DNA of 64,000 nucleotides. It comes from Octopus vulgaris. Its lineage: Eukaryota. The stretch spans positions 12,462,001 to 12,526,000 of the forward strand of contig OX597818.1 in NCBI GenBank assembly GCA_951406725.2, read 5' to 3'. This document shows positions 15,231 through 27,469 of the stretch, piece after piece. The stretch's first letter is position 1, and each line of letters opens with the position of its first letter. A program made the position numbers and the translations under genes. The notes below the pieces were generated by a model. The model saw only the letters and a program-made list of their open reading frames with translations. It had not been told where the DNA came from and did not search any database.

Positions 15231-15637
15231 GATATATACGTACGCACTGTATATATATAAACATCAACACACACATACACATACAATTCCTTTGTAAACA
15301 AAACATGATTACCTTTAGAAACAAAAGGAAAACAGTATATGAAGCTAAGCTTTTGTGTAAACTCGATAATTCCATTGATAGTTCTGCAGCTTCACTTCAC
15401 TCGTGCGCAATGCATCGTTGTCAGAGAGCCTAAACACTCAAAAGCATGTGAATCTCCCAAAAGCTATTGAGTGAAGAATTTAATCTAGAGACGCACACAT
15501 GCATACATACATATATATATAAATGCATGTATTCATTCATATACACAAGATACATTAAACATAATTCTGCTTGCATTTCAAACTAGATTCAAGGCAAAAA
15601 ATATCACTCTCTCTTTCTCTCTCTCTCTTTCTCTCTT

Positions 15638-15720
<83 letters not shown>

Positions 15721-16208
15721 CGTATACACACACAGATATATATGCATATACATACATACATATATATATAATATATGATTTTGCACACGGATGCTGCATA
15801 ATAAATGATTAGATATTAATCAATTAATATATATATATATATAATGGGGTAGTCTTGTTTAATTCAGACAAGCCCAATTGTAGCATTCGCTATAAGCGTT
15901 TTAAATATATGACGTAAGCTTTATGTTTTCCCAAGTATATTAATGCCTTCTAGGAAATAGCGTTAAAAACCAATCTAAACTGCAACGTTTTAACTTGGCT
16001 TTGAAACGTCTTATCAGTTGCATTCAAACCTTTTACTTCTATTATTAGATATATTTCTTTGTTTCTGCATTTATGTATTATAGTTACACACAGAGGATAA
16101 TAATACAAATACTTAATACTTTATACGGACGTTTTAGGGTCTGTAATAATCAATACAAACGGAAACTATAAGAATAATTGGCAATTCCAATGATATATTA
16201 GAACACTG

Positions 16209-16243
<35 letters not shown>

Positions 16244-16275
16244 GTATATGTATGTGTGTGTATGTATATATATAT

Positions 16276-16322
<47 letters not shown>

Positions 16323-16356
16323 CATGCATACATATATGCATATATATATATATATA

Positions 16357-16448
<92 letters not shown>

Positions 16449-16754
16449 CAACCTTAAATTATTTAAAGCTTTCTTTTATATATAATTTTCATTTTCGTTC
16501 AGAAACATTATTCTGATAATCAAAAATCCATATCAAAATACAGTTTTTATTTTGTGTGAAAACAAACTTCAAATTTTTGGTATCTTAATATGGCTATGTG
16601 CAAACGTGCAAATGAAAAGACATAAATGAGTATTATGTTGCTGTGTCTGTTTTCAAAACAGAAAAGTAAATATATTCTTTTCCTTTTCTACCCCTCCCTC
16701 TCTCTCCCTCCGTTTCTTTCTCTCACTCTCTATCTCTTTCTGTATATACATACA

Positions 16755-16811
<57 letters not shown>

Positions 16812-16904
16812 ATACATGCATATATATGTTTATATATATTATGTACATAAGGTATGTGCATTTATATGTTTATATATAATGTATATGTGTATGTTTATAC
16901 ATGC

Positions 16905-16954
<50 letters not shown>

Positions 16955-19364
16955 GTATATCTGTTTACATACACGTATATATCTTATATATATGTATGTA
17001 ATTGTCTACAGGAGTCTGTATAAGTATGCTTATATTTATACAGGTGTACTCCTGGAAATCTTTGATGCCTCTCTGGTTAACAAGTTTAATGTAGACCCTA
17101 TGTAAAACAGTAATGAAATTGTTTAATTCAAAGATATAAATAATGTACGGCTGCTGAACAGGTTGGACTCAATTTTTCTAATATCTTTTACTTGTTTTTC
17201 AGGATGTATTCTGTCTTCTTTCATAGCAACTGTTAGGCAGCATCGAATTTTGAATGTGGCATTCTTAGTGTAATTTATACAAGGACAATATCTCATTTTT
17301 GTATGATTGAACAACAATAGTAAATAAAAACAAATTAAATTTTATTTAATAAAGCTGATCGTAGCATAACGTGATATACTACTTTGGTAAGGCTCAAACA
17401 AAAATCCAGCAATATCAGAAGACATATCAAACTGCAAATTACCCACGTAAATGTCCACGATATGTTATAAAATACCAATCAGTGCAGTAACGTATTTATT
17501 CAAATAACCTACATTGTTAAAGCAAATTATAAACGGAACCGTTATCATAAACTAGAGTAAACTGACACAATGAATGCAACTGCTACAGTATAAGTTATTC
17601 TATGTGAGCGCATGACATCAATGTGAGTATAGTGATTTTAAAGTAAGCACATATTAGTTAAACAAAGCTCAAAATGACTTAAGACTGCTTAGTCACTAAA
17701 CAGTGTTTCTTTGCCATAACATTCGTCCCCGGATTATTCAAAATTTACAATCACTGTTTAAAATGCTAACTGCCAGTGCATTCGCCTGTGCTTAATCCTG
17801 TAGTCGATCACTACGCATGTATTAAAAAAAAAAGACCTATGAAAGTCAGAACTTTCCCTATAAGATATTTCCGTAGAAGCCTTGAACAGCCTTGCAGAAA
17901 CTACAAAAGTCACAAACCGATGTAATATTCTCAGAAAATTGTACCATTAATTGACATACTTACCCTTCAGAAAAAAAAACCCGGAAGGTATTACAACCAT
18001 ATGATGAGCTTCTTGCCTCGTTGCTTGTGTGATGAAAATTTTTAATTAAGCAGGCAAATTCACATTGTCGACATAAATATAATTACGATGTTTTGAGATT
18101 TCTATTAAAATTTCAGTGTTGGTTTTAAATTACTAATCTCACTTTTACAATTCTCATTTTGGAGCGTCAAAAATCTTATTTTGAAATCATCAATATCATT
18201 CTGAAGTGGCAAGATATCACTTCAAAGTACAATGTGCTTACTAAGGATTACAAGTACTGAGGTAATAAAAGATTTCTCATTAACTTGTTATAGTTTATAA
18301 TTTCAATTGCCATTATGGTAGTTGCAAACTTCCATGTACAGTCTACGTTGCTAATGTTCTTTTATTAATATCAATAGGTGTCAATCAGTACACTATATCA
18401 CCTCCGTATACATCATTAAACCACTTATCAATATTCCAGTTCCATAAACCACCATTCTACACGCTATTGAATTCATCAGGGAATCTTAAATTTCCACTTA
18501 TATATGACAAAATATCAAATGCTTAAACAAACGCAAAATGGTAGAATGACGTCTTATATAATTTATAACACTTGGAATATTAAGTGTAAAACAACATTTA
18601 CTCAAGTTTGATTGGTAGTGTAGATATATACACAGACGCCAATGATATAACATAATGCCAAAAATAACTTGATTATTAATTTTATAAATATATTCAATGG
18701 ACAAAGACAGTTCTAAAATATATTCACTTATCTACTCGAAAATTTCCTGATAAAATTAATTTTAATGGGTGTAAGTTACTCAAAATTTTTCCATCCAGTG
18801 TCATATGGGAAATCAATGTTTTTCACTGCCTATCAAATACATACAAGGAAGATGGCTTAGAAATATTTCTGCATTGCACTTGTTAACCAGATTATACAGG
18901 CGTGTTCTAAATTCACGTTTCGCGAAGAGAAACTGCAAACAACAAAATACAACTCTTACTTTCTCATCCACTCTCCTTCTGCCTCTCTTTCACTCAGCTC
19001 AAACACTCAGAAACACAAGCACACAGATATATGCGCGCGCACTTACTTATACACGCACACATATATATGTGCGCGCACTCACTTATACACACACATATAT
19101 ATACGCGCGCACTCACTTATACACACACACACACACACACACAACCGCGCACACATACATGTTTCAGCATGCACACGCACATATTTGAAATCTTTTACTT
19201 AATATGATCGATGATAGTAGAACTGAACGATAAGTGTACTCAACAAAAATTTGATAATCTACCGAATCTCAACAGAAAATGCACATGCACTAACAATATA
19301 TTCACAAACAAGCTCACATTCAAAAACATATGGACAAAATATAATTATTTCTATGAACATATAG

Positions 19365-19405
<41 letters not shown>

Positions 19406-19677
19406 CATATGTGTGTGTGTGAAGTGTATATATGTCGGTGCATCAACATGGCCGCAGCTCTGAGCTGAAACTGCCGAAAAAAAATACATACATACTCATG
19501 TTTATATGAGTAAATATATATTCCATATAATTGGATAGATGTATACATATGTGTGTGAATGCGTGTCCATGTATATTTGTATATATAAGTGAATATGTTT
19601 GTATATATGTATACATACATACACACATATATATATATATGTATGTATATATATATACACATATATACACACACACA

Positions 19678-19718
<41 letters not shown>

Positions 19719-19745
19719 GTTTGTATATACAATTATATGTATTTA

Positions 19746-19786
<41 letters not shown>

Positions 19787-20124
19787 GTATCTGTATGCAT
19801 ATCTATACGTGTGTATATTTATGAAGTAGATATGTTAACTAGTAGTCTCTACTGATAATATATTATGCGGTTTGCGTTTTTGAACAAATAAATACAAATC
19901 TTCTGAGACCGTTACATCCACATCATTACATGGACATAAAAATAACCATTCAGCCATATATAAAAGAAAGCAACAACGACACTTCAACGCTTCTAAAAAC
20001 GAGCGTGCACTGTGATGTATATGTTATGTGTGTAAATATTTAATATTTGAAAGTGTCCCACAGCAGCAACACACATTTATACATGTGTATACGCTTGGAC
20101 TTATTTACACACCCACATATACAT

Positions 20125-20157
<33 letters not shown>

Positions 20158-20354
20158 CACATATATTCAATATATTTTATGCATTAATTTATATCTTCAG
20201 GTGTTTAAACTTTTACAACTTGTGTTCGATAATATTTTTGAATGTATTCTATCTTCTATCTTGGTTCTACTGTAGACTTGCAGGTTAACAGCTCTACATT
20301 TGCATCTTGGCGTATCCTTTCAAAAAGAAATAGTCCACAGAATATAAAATTGTT

Positions 20355-21548
20355 TCAAAGCTTTGTTTCATCTGTAGTAACGATTGTTTTGCCGTTTTCA
20401 GTTGGCAATGTCATGTATTGGGAACTTTCTCGATCAATCGGTAATGGGCCGCCGCAAAACATGCGTTTGAATGTGTTTCGAAACTGTTTGCTCATGGCAC
20501 AATATATAAAGAAGTTTAATGGGTACGATAGCATGATCATCATGTTTATTATGGAACTGGTCACAAAGATAACATTGTCCGCAAAAATGGTGATTTTTAA
20601 CGTGTTCTGCAGGATGGTAATTATCATTAAAATACCCAGGGGCACCTCAACCAGCAAAAATAAAAAGACGACTGCAACTAACATCAGAGTTGTGCAATTT
20701 GTATCTTTAATCTTTTTGGATTCGTTTCGTTTGTTTTGTTTAATCAATAATTTCCTTCGCCTCTTAGCAAGTGTCATGGCGTGTATAAGCAAACCGTTGA
20801 GCACAACTAACGCTGTGCATGGTATTAAATGAACGAATATCACGCGAAACCAGAAATATACATTATAGTATAAATCTATCCAATTGACAAGCCACTGTGA
20901 CCGAAGAATATAGCAACCAATAACCGTTTGGTTTCTATGAAGCAACGACATCAGCTCAACTGATTCAAAGTCATATTCAAAAAATCTTGTAAGGTGGAAA
21001 AGAATGGCAATGAAGTATATAGCAACAGTTCCCTTGATAACATTATTTATAGTACACCAAGTGCGTGCACGGAACGAATGGCAGATATATATGTAACGCT
21101 GTATTGCCAGAGTGAGGGTTAACCAGATTGAAGCTGTGTGGAATATAGTGGGTATATGTAGTGTAAATACGTGGTAGATTCTGCAACACCAGTTTGGTAC
21201 ATAATCTTGATAATAGCCTGCTGCGTAGAAATAAAGATACAAGGGCATAGGTATAACTCCAGTAAACATGTCAGATAACGCCATGCCAATAAGCACACAG
21301 TTTGTAGGTGATTTCATGTTTCTTTTCATGAGAACGATCACTACTAGGGAGTTTGTAATAATTGTGATGACAGCGACTGGCGGAGCTATATAACCGAGGA
21401 TAGGTACTGCAATTTCATCAATTGATTCTCTTTTAATTATAAAAGGATAAATGTTTCTCAGTATAGACGGAGAAGTTGTTTCCCAGTCTGTACTGGAATC
21501 TGTATTTGTCATCTCCTCTTTCATCAGGTAATCACTTGTTACAGACAT
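20355..21548 (-). CDS. SPR: Sex peptide receptor / myoinhibitory peptide (allatostatin-B) receptor-like class A GPCR, 397 aa, single coding exon
   Basis: Seven hydrophobic segments; TM1 ITNSLV, TM2 ALSD, TM3 FHTASIWLTLTLAIQRYIYICH (QRY in place of DRY) followed by ARTWCT, TM7 SYPLNFFIYCAMSKQFRNTF, all typical of SPR/MIP receptors. Intact ORF; G at -3 of the ATG. Confidence 0.9.
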   Translation of the reverse strand: MSVTSDYLMKEEMTNTDSSTDWETTSPSILRNIYPFIIKRESIDEIAVPILGYIAPPVAVITIITNSLVVIVLMKRNMKSPTNCVLIGMALSDMFTGVIPMPLYLYFYAAGYYQDYVPNWCCRIYHVFTLHIPTIFHTASIWLTLTLAIQRYIYICHSFRARTWCTINNVIKGTVAIYFIAILFHLTRFFEYDFESVELMSLLHRNQTVIGCYILRSQWLVNWIDLYYNVYFWFRVIFVHLIPCTALVVLNGLLIHAMTLAKRRRKLLIKQNKRNESKKIKDTNCTTLMLVAVVFLFLLVEVPLGILMIITILQNTLKITIFADNVIFVTSSIINMMIMLSYPLNFFIYCAMSKQFRNTFKRMFCGGPLPIDRESSQYMTLPTENGKTIVTTDETKL

Positions 21549-21563
21549 TGCCGTTAAATTTAT

Positions 21564-21590
21564 TTATTTCTTTTGGTTTGTATTGCGCAT
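21564..21590 (-). promoter_or_regulatory. Upstream ORF (MRNTNQKK*) in the receptor 5' UTR
   Basis: Minus strand aaggATG CGC AAT ACA AAC CAA AAG AAA TAA; in frame with the main ATG and ends 15 nt before it. Confidence 0.55.
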
Positions 21591-21636
21591 CCTTTTGCTT
21601 TTGTGTCTTTTCCAGAATTTCAAGCCGAATTATATT

Positions 21637-21660
21637 CTGCAAAAAGAAATGAAGAACAAT
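21637..21660 (-). promoter_or_regulatory. Putative 3' splice acceptor of the receptor coding exon
   Basis: Minus strand attgttcttcatttctttttgcAG|aat: polypyrimidine tract plus CAG, 88 nt upstream of the ATG. Confidence 0.7.
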
Positions 21661-22017
21661 AATTATGGTTTTTAAACAAACAGTGTTTCAGTTAAGTCTA
21701 ATCAATCAACTTTGAAAAGTGAAATAACATTCAAGTTAAAAACTTAAGTCTCTATGATGGCTTCAGTTGAAATTAACAATAGATCATGAAATATTCCGAA
21801 GCAACATTTACGGCACTCGATTTTTTATTTGACCGCCCTCAGAGTCTGACTGAATAATCTTTTTGAATACACGCGCGCGCACACACACACACCCATACGT
21901 ACACACTCAAATACAAACACATACACTGTAGGCGAACTTTCTCTTACACAGAGAAAATAAGCATCTTTGTGTTTCTATCTATCTGTTAACTACGTACGTG
22001 CAAATACACACACACAC

Positions 22018-22288
22018 ATATTTTGAAAATGAGTAGAGATGGCTGTTTTTGGACAATTTTAATTCTAATAGTAATGTTTACAATGAGCGACTGTTGTATG
22101 AGTTTGAAGCTTCAAATAGCTGTTTTCAAACTAAAAAAAAAAAAATCAAACAAGCATTTTTTTTTCTTTTTCAGTTTGAAAACAGCTATTTAAAGCTTGA
22201 AACGCTCACCAGTATCACTCGCTGTAAACATTTTTATCAAAATAAAAGTTATATCCAAAAATGCCATCTCTACTCATTTTTCAAATAT
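22018..22288. repeat. ~270-bp imperfect palindrome (fold-back/MITE-like)
   Basis: aaaatgagtagagatggc pairs with gccatctctactcatttt; aagcttcaaatagctgttttcaaact pairs with agtttgaaaacagctatttaaagctt; central A-run pairs with T-run. Confidence 0.85.
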
Positions 22289-22335
22289 ATAATGCTCTAC
22301 CAATAACTTTCTTTCTTATTACATATATATATATC

Positions 22336-22366
<31 letters not shown>

Positions 22367-22373
22367 CTATATA

Positions 22374-22426
<53 letters not shown>

Positions 22427-22431
22427 ATATA

Positions 22432-22491
<60 letters not shown>

Positions 22492-24140
22492 CAGTAAAAC
22501 AATTAAGATTCAAGTGAGTTCCAATGAATTCACATGAATGTGGTACTTAACTTAGATGCACCAGAAATCTTTATGGTATTAACCATAAAATGATGTTGGG
22601 TGATTATAAACAAGAAAAAAGCAACAAGAATGGATTAGTTGTTCAGTACAATTGTTTCATACGAAGAACAGATTTATTAAAAGCTGCAAATATTGCAGCA
22701 ACTACAAGTGTCCCGTATTCATCAGCCAAAACACATATGAGTTTTCCAAACATCCTAGGGGGTGCGGCTACACCCATGAAGTATCGAAGAGAGTTCTATG
22801 AAAAGCAAAGTTAGATTGTAAGCAGACTTAATATGTTTTTTTTATTGATGCACAATTTCATAAAAGGTCTTTAAAAAAGATTGTTAGCTCCACAGAAAAG
22901 GATTTACCTTTTATCCCCCTCTGACCTACTGGAGTAATGGGATTTTTGTTTTGGCAAACGCTCACTTGACATTGGCAAATTTTGTAAGGTAATGAAACAC
23001 TAAGAATATACTAAAATAATTTTATCTACTATTTAATTGATTGGAAATAGCTACAATAATCACTGAGATTTTATGTCTTTATTTACGCTGTTTTGAACTG
23101 ATAACCTAATGAATTACCATGATGTTTAGATTCTTCAGTAAGCCTTCCGACAATACTCAGCTTATGTACATAAATGGGTGAGACTTACAACTTACTGGTT
23201 GCTTTACAGGTATCCAGTCGGGTTAATACGAATGCATCATAAAATCTATAGTCAAGGAGACGTCAATTAAAATCTTCAAACAGTATGAGAGATATTGCAA
23301 CCTAATCCAAGTGAAAACAGGTTTCTTTGGGATGCATTTGCATCCCAAAGAACCATTTATCAAGGAGAGTAATGTTAAAATTTAGATGTATTATGACTCT
23401 GGTGATTTTCACAATAATAGAAGGATATATTCCAGGAATAGATGTACAGAATGTAATAGGAAATTTAATCATAACACTAGTGGTATGTTTGGGTCAGCGG
23501 ACATAGAGACACCCTCAACTAATAGAAAGTTAAATAAGCGGAATGAAAATAAACATAGCCGTTCACGCAGTAACACTAGTTCTAGTAAATCCACTGATAA
23601 ATCTAACCGCACCCCAAAGAATAGGTCTAATGTCAATAAATAGCAACTGGAGGAAGATAAGAAGAGTGTTGCCAGAGATAGCCATAATCGTCAAAATAGA
23701 ATTGCTCATTATGCGGGAAGATTAGCCTACACCGAAATAATATGTAGTAGGTAGCGGTGAATGCAGTAACTCTAAAGAAAGGAGAGATAGATAAGAACAA
23801 GTAGTCTGATATATACTCAAATTCTCACTAATTTGGCGAGAAAATTCTTCACGGCCTTTGAGAAGCGTTCTCCGCCATCAAGCTGATACGGGAAGTTGTT
23901 TAGTAAGCATTCAGTTAAGATTACATATTCAACACTTAGAAACTTGGCACAAGTCATAGCTTCTCAGAACATCCGTAGACTTAGAGAGTCCATACTTAAC
24001 GTCACAACAGGCCTAAGTAGTAAGAAAAAGTGTAGCAAGCATGATAAACATACTAATAAAAAGAACAATAATGGGAATAAGGACAACAGCAACATCAATG
24101 TTAATGAAGGTAGTGGTGGAATTAATAATGTTAATAATAT

Positions 24141-24496
24141 TTTCTATTGTAGGCACAAGGACTGTGCGCAGCTGATACTTATTTAATCAACCCCCGAAAG
24201 GTTGAAAGGCAAAGTCAATCTCGCTGGAGTTTGAACTCAGAACATAGCGACGAGTGAAATACCTATTTCTTTACTACCCACAAGGGACTAAACACAGAGA
24301 GGACAAACAAGGACAGACAAACGGATTAAGTCGATTATATCGACTCCAGTGCGTAACTGGTACTTATTTAATCGACCCCGAAAGGATGAAAGACAAAGTT
24401 GACCTCGGCGGAATTTGAACTCAGAACGTAACGGCAGACGAAATACGGCTACGCATTTCACCCGGCGTGCTAACGTTTCTGCCAGCTCGCCGCCTT
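24141..24496 (-). mobile_element. Tandem pair of SINE family A (partial type-1 copy 24141..24263 plus full type-2 copy 24264..24496)
   Basis: Core ccccgaaagg.tgaaag.caaagt occurs twice; full tRNA-like head only on the second copy. Confidence 0.8.
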
Positions 24497-24724
24497 ATTA
24501 ATAATAATAATAATGATAATCATGAGGATGATATGAATAACAATATTCATAATAGAAACAAGTATAATTTTAGGAGTAGTAATAGCAACAATAGCAAAAA
24601 ACTACAATGGTAGCGGCAACAACAACAACAACAGCAATAATAATAGTAGTAACGGTAATAATGATAGTAGTAGTAGTAGTTACAATAACAACAACAATAA
24701 AAGCAACAACAACAACAATGATGA

Positions 24725-24936
24725 TTTCAAATTTTGGCACAAGGTGAGCAATTTCGGGGTCGGAGATAAGTCGATTACATCGACCTCAGTGATCGATTGG
24801 TACTTATTTTATCGACCTCGAAAGGATTAAAAGCAAAGTCGACCTCGGTGGAATTTGAACTCAGAAAGTAAGGACGGACGAAATGCCGCCAAGAAATTCT
24901 CCTAGCGCATTAAGGATTTTGCTAGCTCACCGCCTT
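24725..24936 (-). mobile_element. SINE family A, diverged copy
   Basis: Same core and head as the other copies. Confidence 0.8.
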
Positions 24937-27001
24937 AACAGCAAGAACAAGAACAAGAACAGCAGCAACAACAACAATAACAATAACAGCAATAGTTGTT
25001 ACTGTATGGACCCTAATATAAGTCCATTAGATGAAAAATATCTTAAGAACTTGGTTTATATATACCCGCGTATTATGGATAACACAGTTTACCATTACAT
25101 AGGCTGTTGTACAACAATTTTTAAAGCTCGATATCATAACCACGCGTCATCATTTACACATAGAAGTAAAGAAAGATCGACCTCATTAAGATCGACCTGG
25201 GAGCTTAAAATAAACAAAGCGTAGTATTAAGTGACTAACAGTGAGCAGTGCACCTCTTTCGACGTACGGAAAACTAACTGTACTTTACCTAGAAGAGTAA
25301 TGTTAAGAGTGCAACATCCTGGATAAGAGGCAGGAATTTGCGGTAATGAAAGCTTTTTTTATAACAAAACTTTTAGATCATTCCCTCAATAATTAATCAT
25401 GAGAACAAATGGATATGAAAACACCTGCATATTTTCCAAGTCCAAAATTTTAGAGATCATACATTTTTAGTTTAAGTGGTAATTGTTAATTTTCTCGATT
25501 GCTTGTATTATAAATTTCTTTTCGGTTTTCCTTCTCATTGTTTATTTGATGATAAAAATATTGTTTTTTTATTTTTAGTTTATATTTTGATACATCCATT
25601 CCCCTAATTTTCCCTTTTTAGTTTTATTTTTTAATTATTTTTGTTGCATTTGCTTTGCTTCACTTTATCCGCTATTGTTTTGGGTTTATCTTCTTCACCT
25701 AGTACTTATATAATTTATTCTACCACTCTATTAAAGAACCATATCTTAGACTTCCTATTGCATCTGTACCAATGGCACCTAATCGTAATTTTGGATTACA
25801 TGTAGTCTTAGTCTAATTGCTTCTTTACTTTCTTTATGAAGGTACTTCATAAATCTGGATTTGGTAAAATATCTTCCGCCGAATATATTTAACATTGAAA
25901 GAATAATAAATGTCTGGTTAACAATTCTCACATTAGAAAGGGAAAGAAGCCGATTTTATGTGATAAAACATAAATAATAATAACAAAAAAAATTCCCCAA
26001 AATTCTCACAATGCACCTATTTTATCTATTATCCATTACGGTAATTCTTTTTAAGAATTTTAATCGAAGTTTGCTTTATAATATAATGAAACTTAGTTTT
26101 ATCCTTAAGTATTATATCGAGGATGTGCATGCCCTGATTAAAAATATATTACTGTTAATGCGCTATATATTAAATGAGAAGTGCATCTTCAGTATACTGC
26201 TTTTAATGATCTCAAACGTAGTTGAGGCTCTGCATGTTTTTCTTCGAAACTGGAGCCATGGTTGTCAGACCGCTCTCACAGCAAAAGTTCAGAAGACATA
26301 AGATTATTCTCGTTCCGGGTCTGGTCTTTCCACACATAATGCCTTTGTTCAGTATTGATCACAATGTTGTGAGCCATAAGCTGTACATCTATCATTTGAC
26401 ATTAAAACATCCATGCTCCTAAAACTTAACGTGAAGCTTATGCAATAATAGTCAACTGAAAGCCTATAAAAGAAACAAAGTAAAAATCCTCCAAGCTGCA
26501 CCTGCTATAAAACAGCTTAAGACAACTGAAGAGAATAATGTTAATCCATAAGTCAGAAAACTTCAAGCATGTTACTCAACGTATGATAAATAAACTTAAG
26601 ATACATCGGTAGAAGAAAACTTCTGCATATTAGCTGCAATATGAACATGGAAATTTTGCACTTATATTTAAAAACGATTGCAGAGGCATTCTAACTTCTA
26701 TTTGACGCATATTTCTCTATATCACGTTATGTATTAAAATTTATGTTGTTGGTACTGATAAGAAAAGAGACATAACGAAGATACTAGTAAATGTGACAAC
26801 TGCGTCATATAGCTGTAAGGGATATTACACATATATTCTGAAGTTGCCTCCTGGTGATGTAATTATATATTTTTGGTAATTTTTTGTGAGTATGAATATA
26901 TTTTAGTTTGGAAAAGTTTGGCAGAGAGCTTAAAGTTTTGCTATGGATCATCTTCCACAAAATGTACATCTTGTAGTCTTACTAACTTGTTATATGCATG
27001 G

Positions 27002-27035
27002 TTAGGGTTAGGGTTAGGGTTAGGGTTAGGGTTAG
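27002..27035 (+). repeat. Interstitial (TTAGGG)5 telomeric-type repeat
   Basis: Five perfect units plus TTAG. Confidence 0.9.
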
Positions 27036-27243
27036 TTCAAATCGTAGTTGAAATATGGTTAGTAAACTGTTGGCAAGCTATTCAAAGAAGTAGTTTTTGA
27101 AATAATCAAATTTTCAGTTGAGAAGTATTAAGCATTCTCAACAGATGTTTTATTGGTTTACATGTATAAAGCCAAGCTATTGTTTAAAATTGTAGCTAAC
27201 AAAATGGTTTAGATAAATGCCACAAGAAAAGAAATGAGACTAG

Positions 27244-27244
<1 letters not shown>

Positions 27245-27328
<84 letters not shown>

Positions 27329-27345
27329 CATTATTGTTATTATTA
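27245..27345. repeat. (ATT)n microsatellite
   Basis: Direct reading. Confidence 0.95.
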
Positions 27346-27469
27346 TCATAATCGGATTTCATAAATTAATTTCCAGGTGAGTAGTGGGGTCGATGCAATC
27401 GCTTATCCCACTCCCACCAAAGTTTCAGACCTTATGCCTATCACAGAAAGGATTATTGTTATTGTTATT

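Larger units (their letters stand above)
23800..25400 (+). mobile_element. Decayed Penelope-like element (post-RT region plus GIY-YIG), interrupted by SINEs and (AAT/AAC)n
   Basis: FSKHSVKITYSTLRNLAQVIASQN (23896) and CYC...PLD...LVY...YIG...FKARYHNHASSF...STSL...WELK (~24997..25224) match the PLE GIY-YIG pattern. Confidence 0.65.

Noticed and set aside
20242-20832. 196-aa plus-strand ORF
   Set aside because: Antisense shadow of the GPCR; no recognisable motif.
26222-26422. Tc1-like FETG..RP motif
   Set aside because: Too short; no TIRs or catalytic motifs found.
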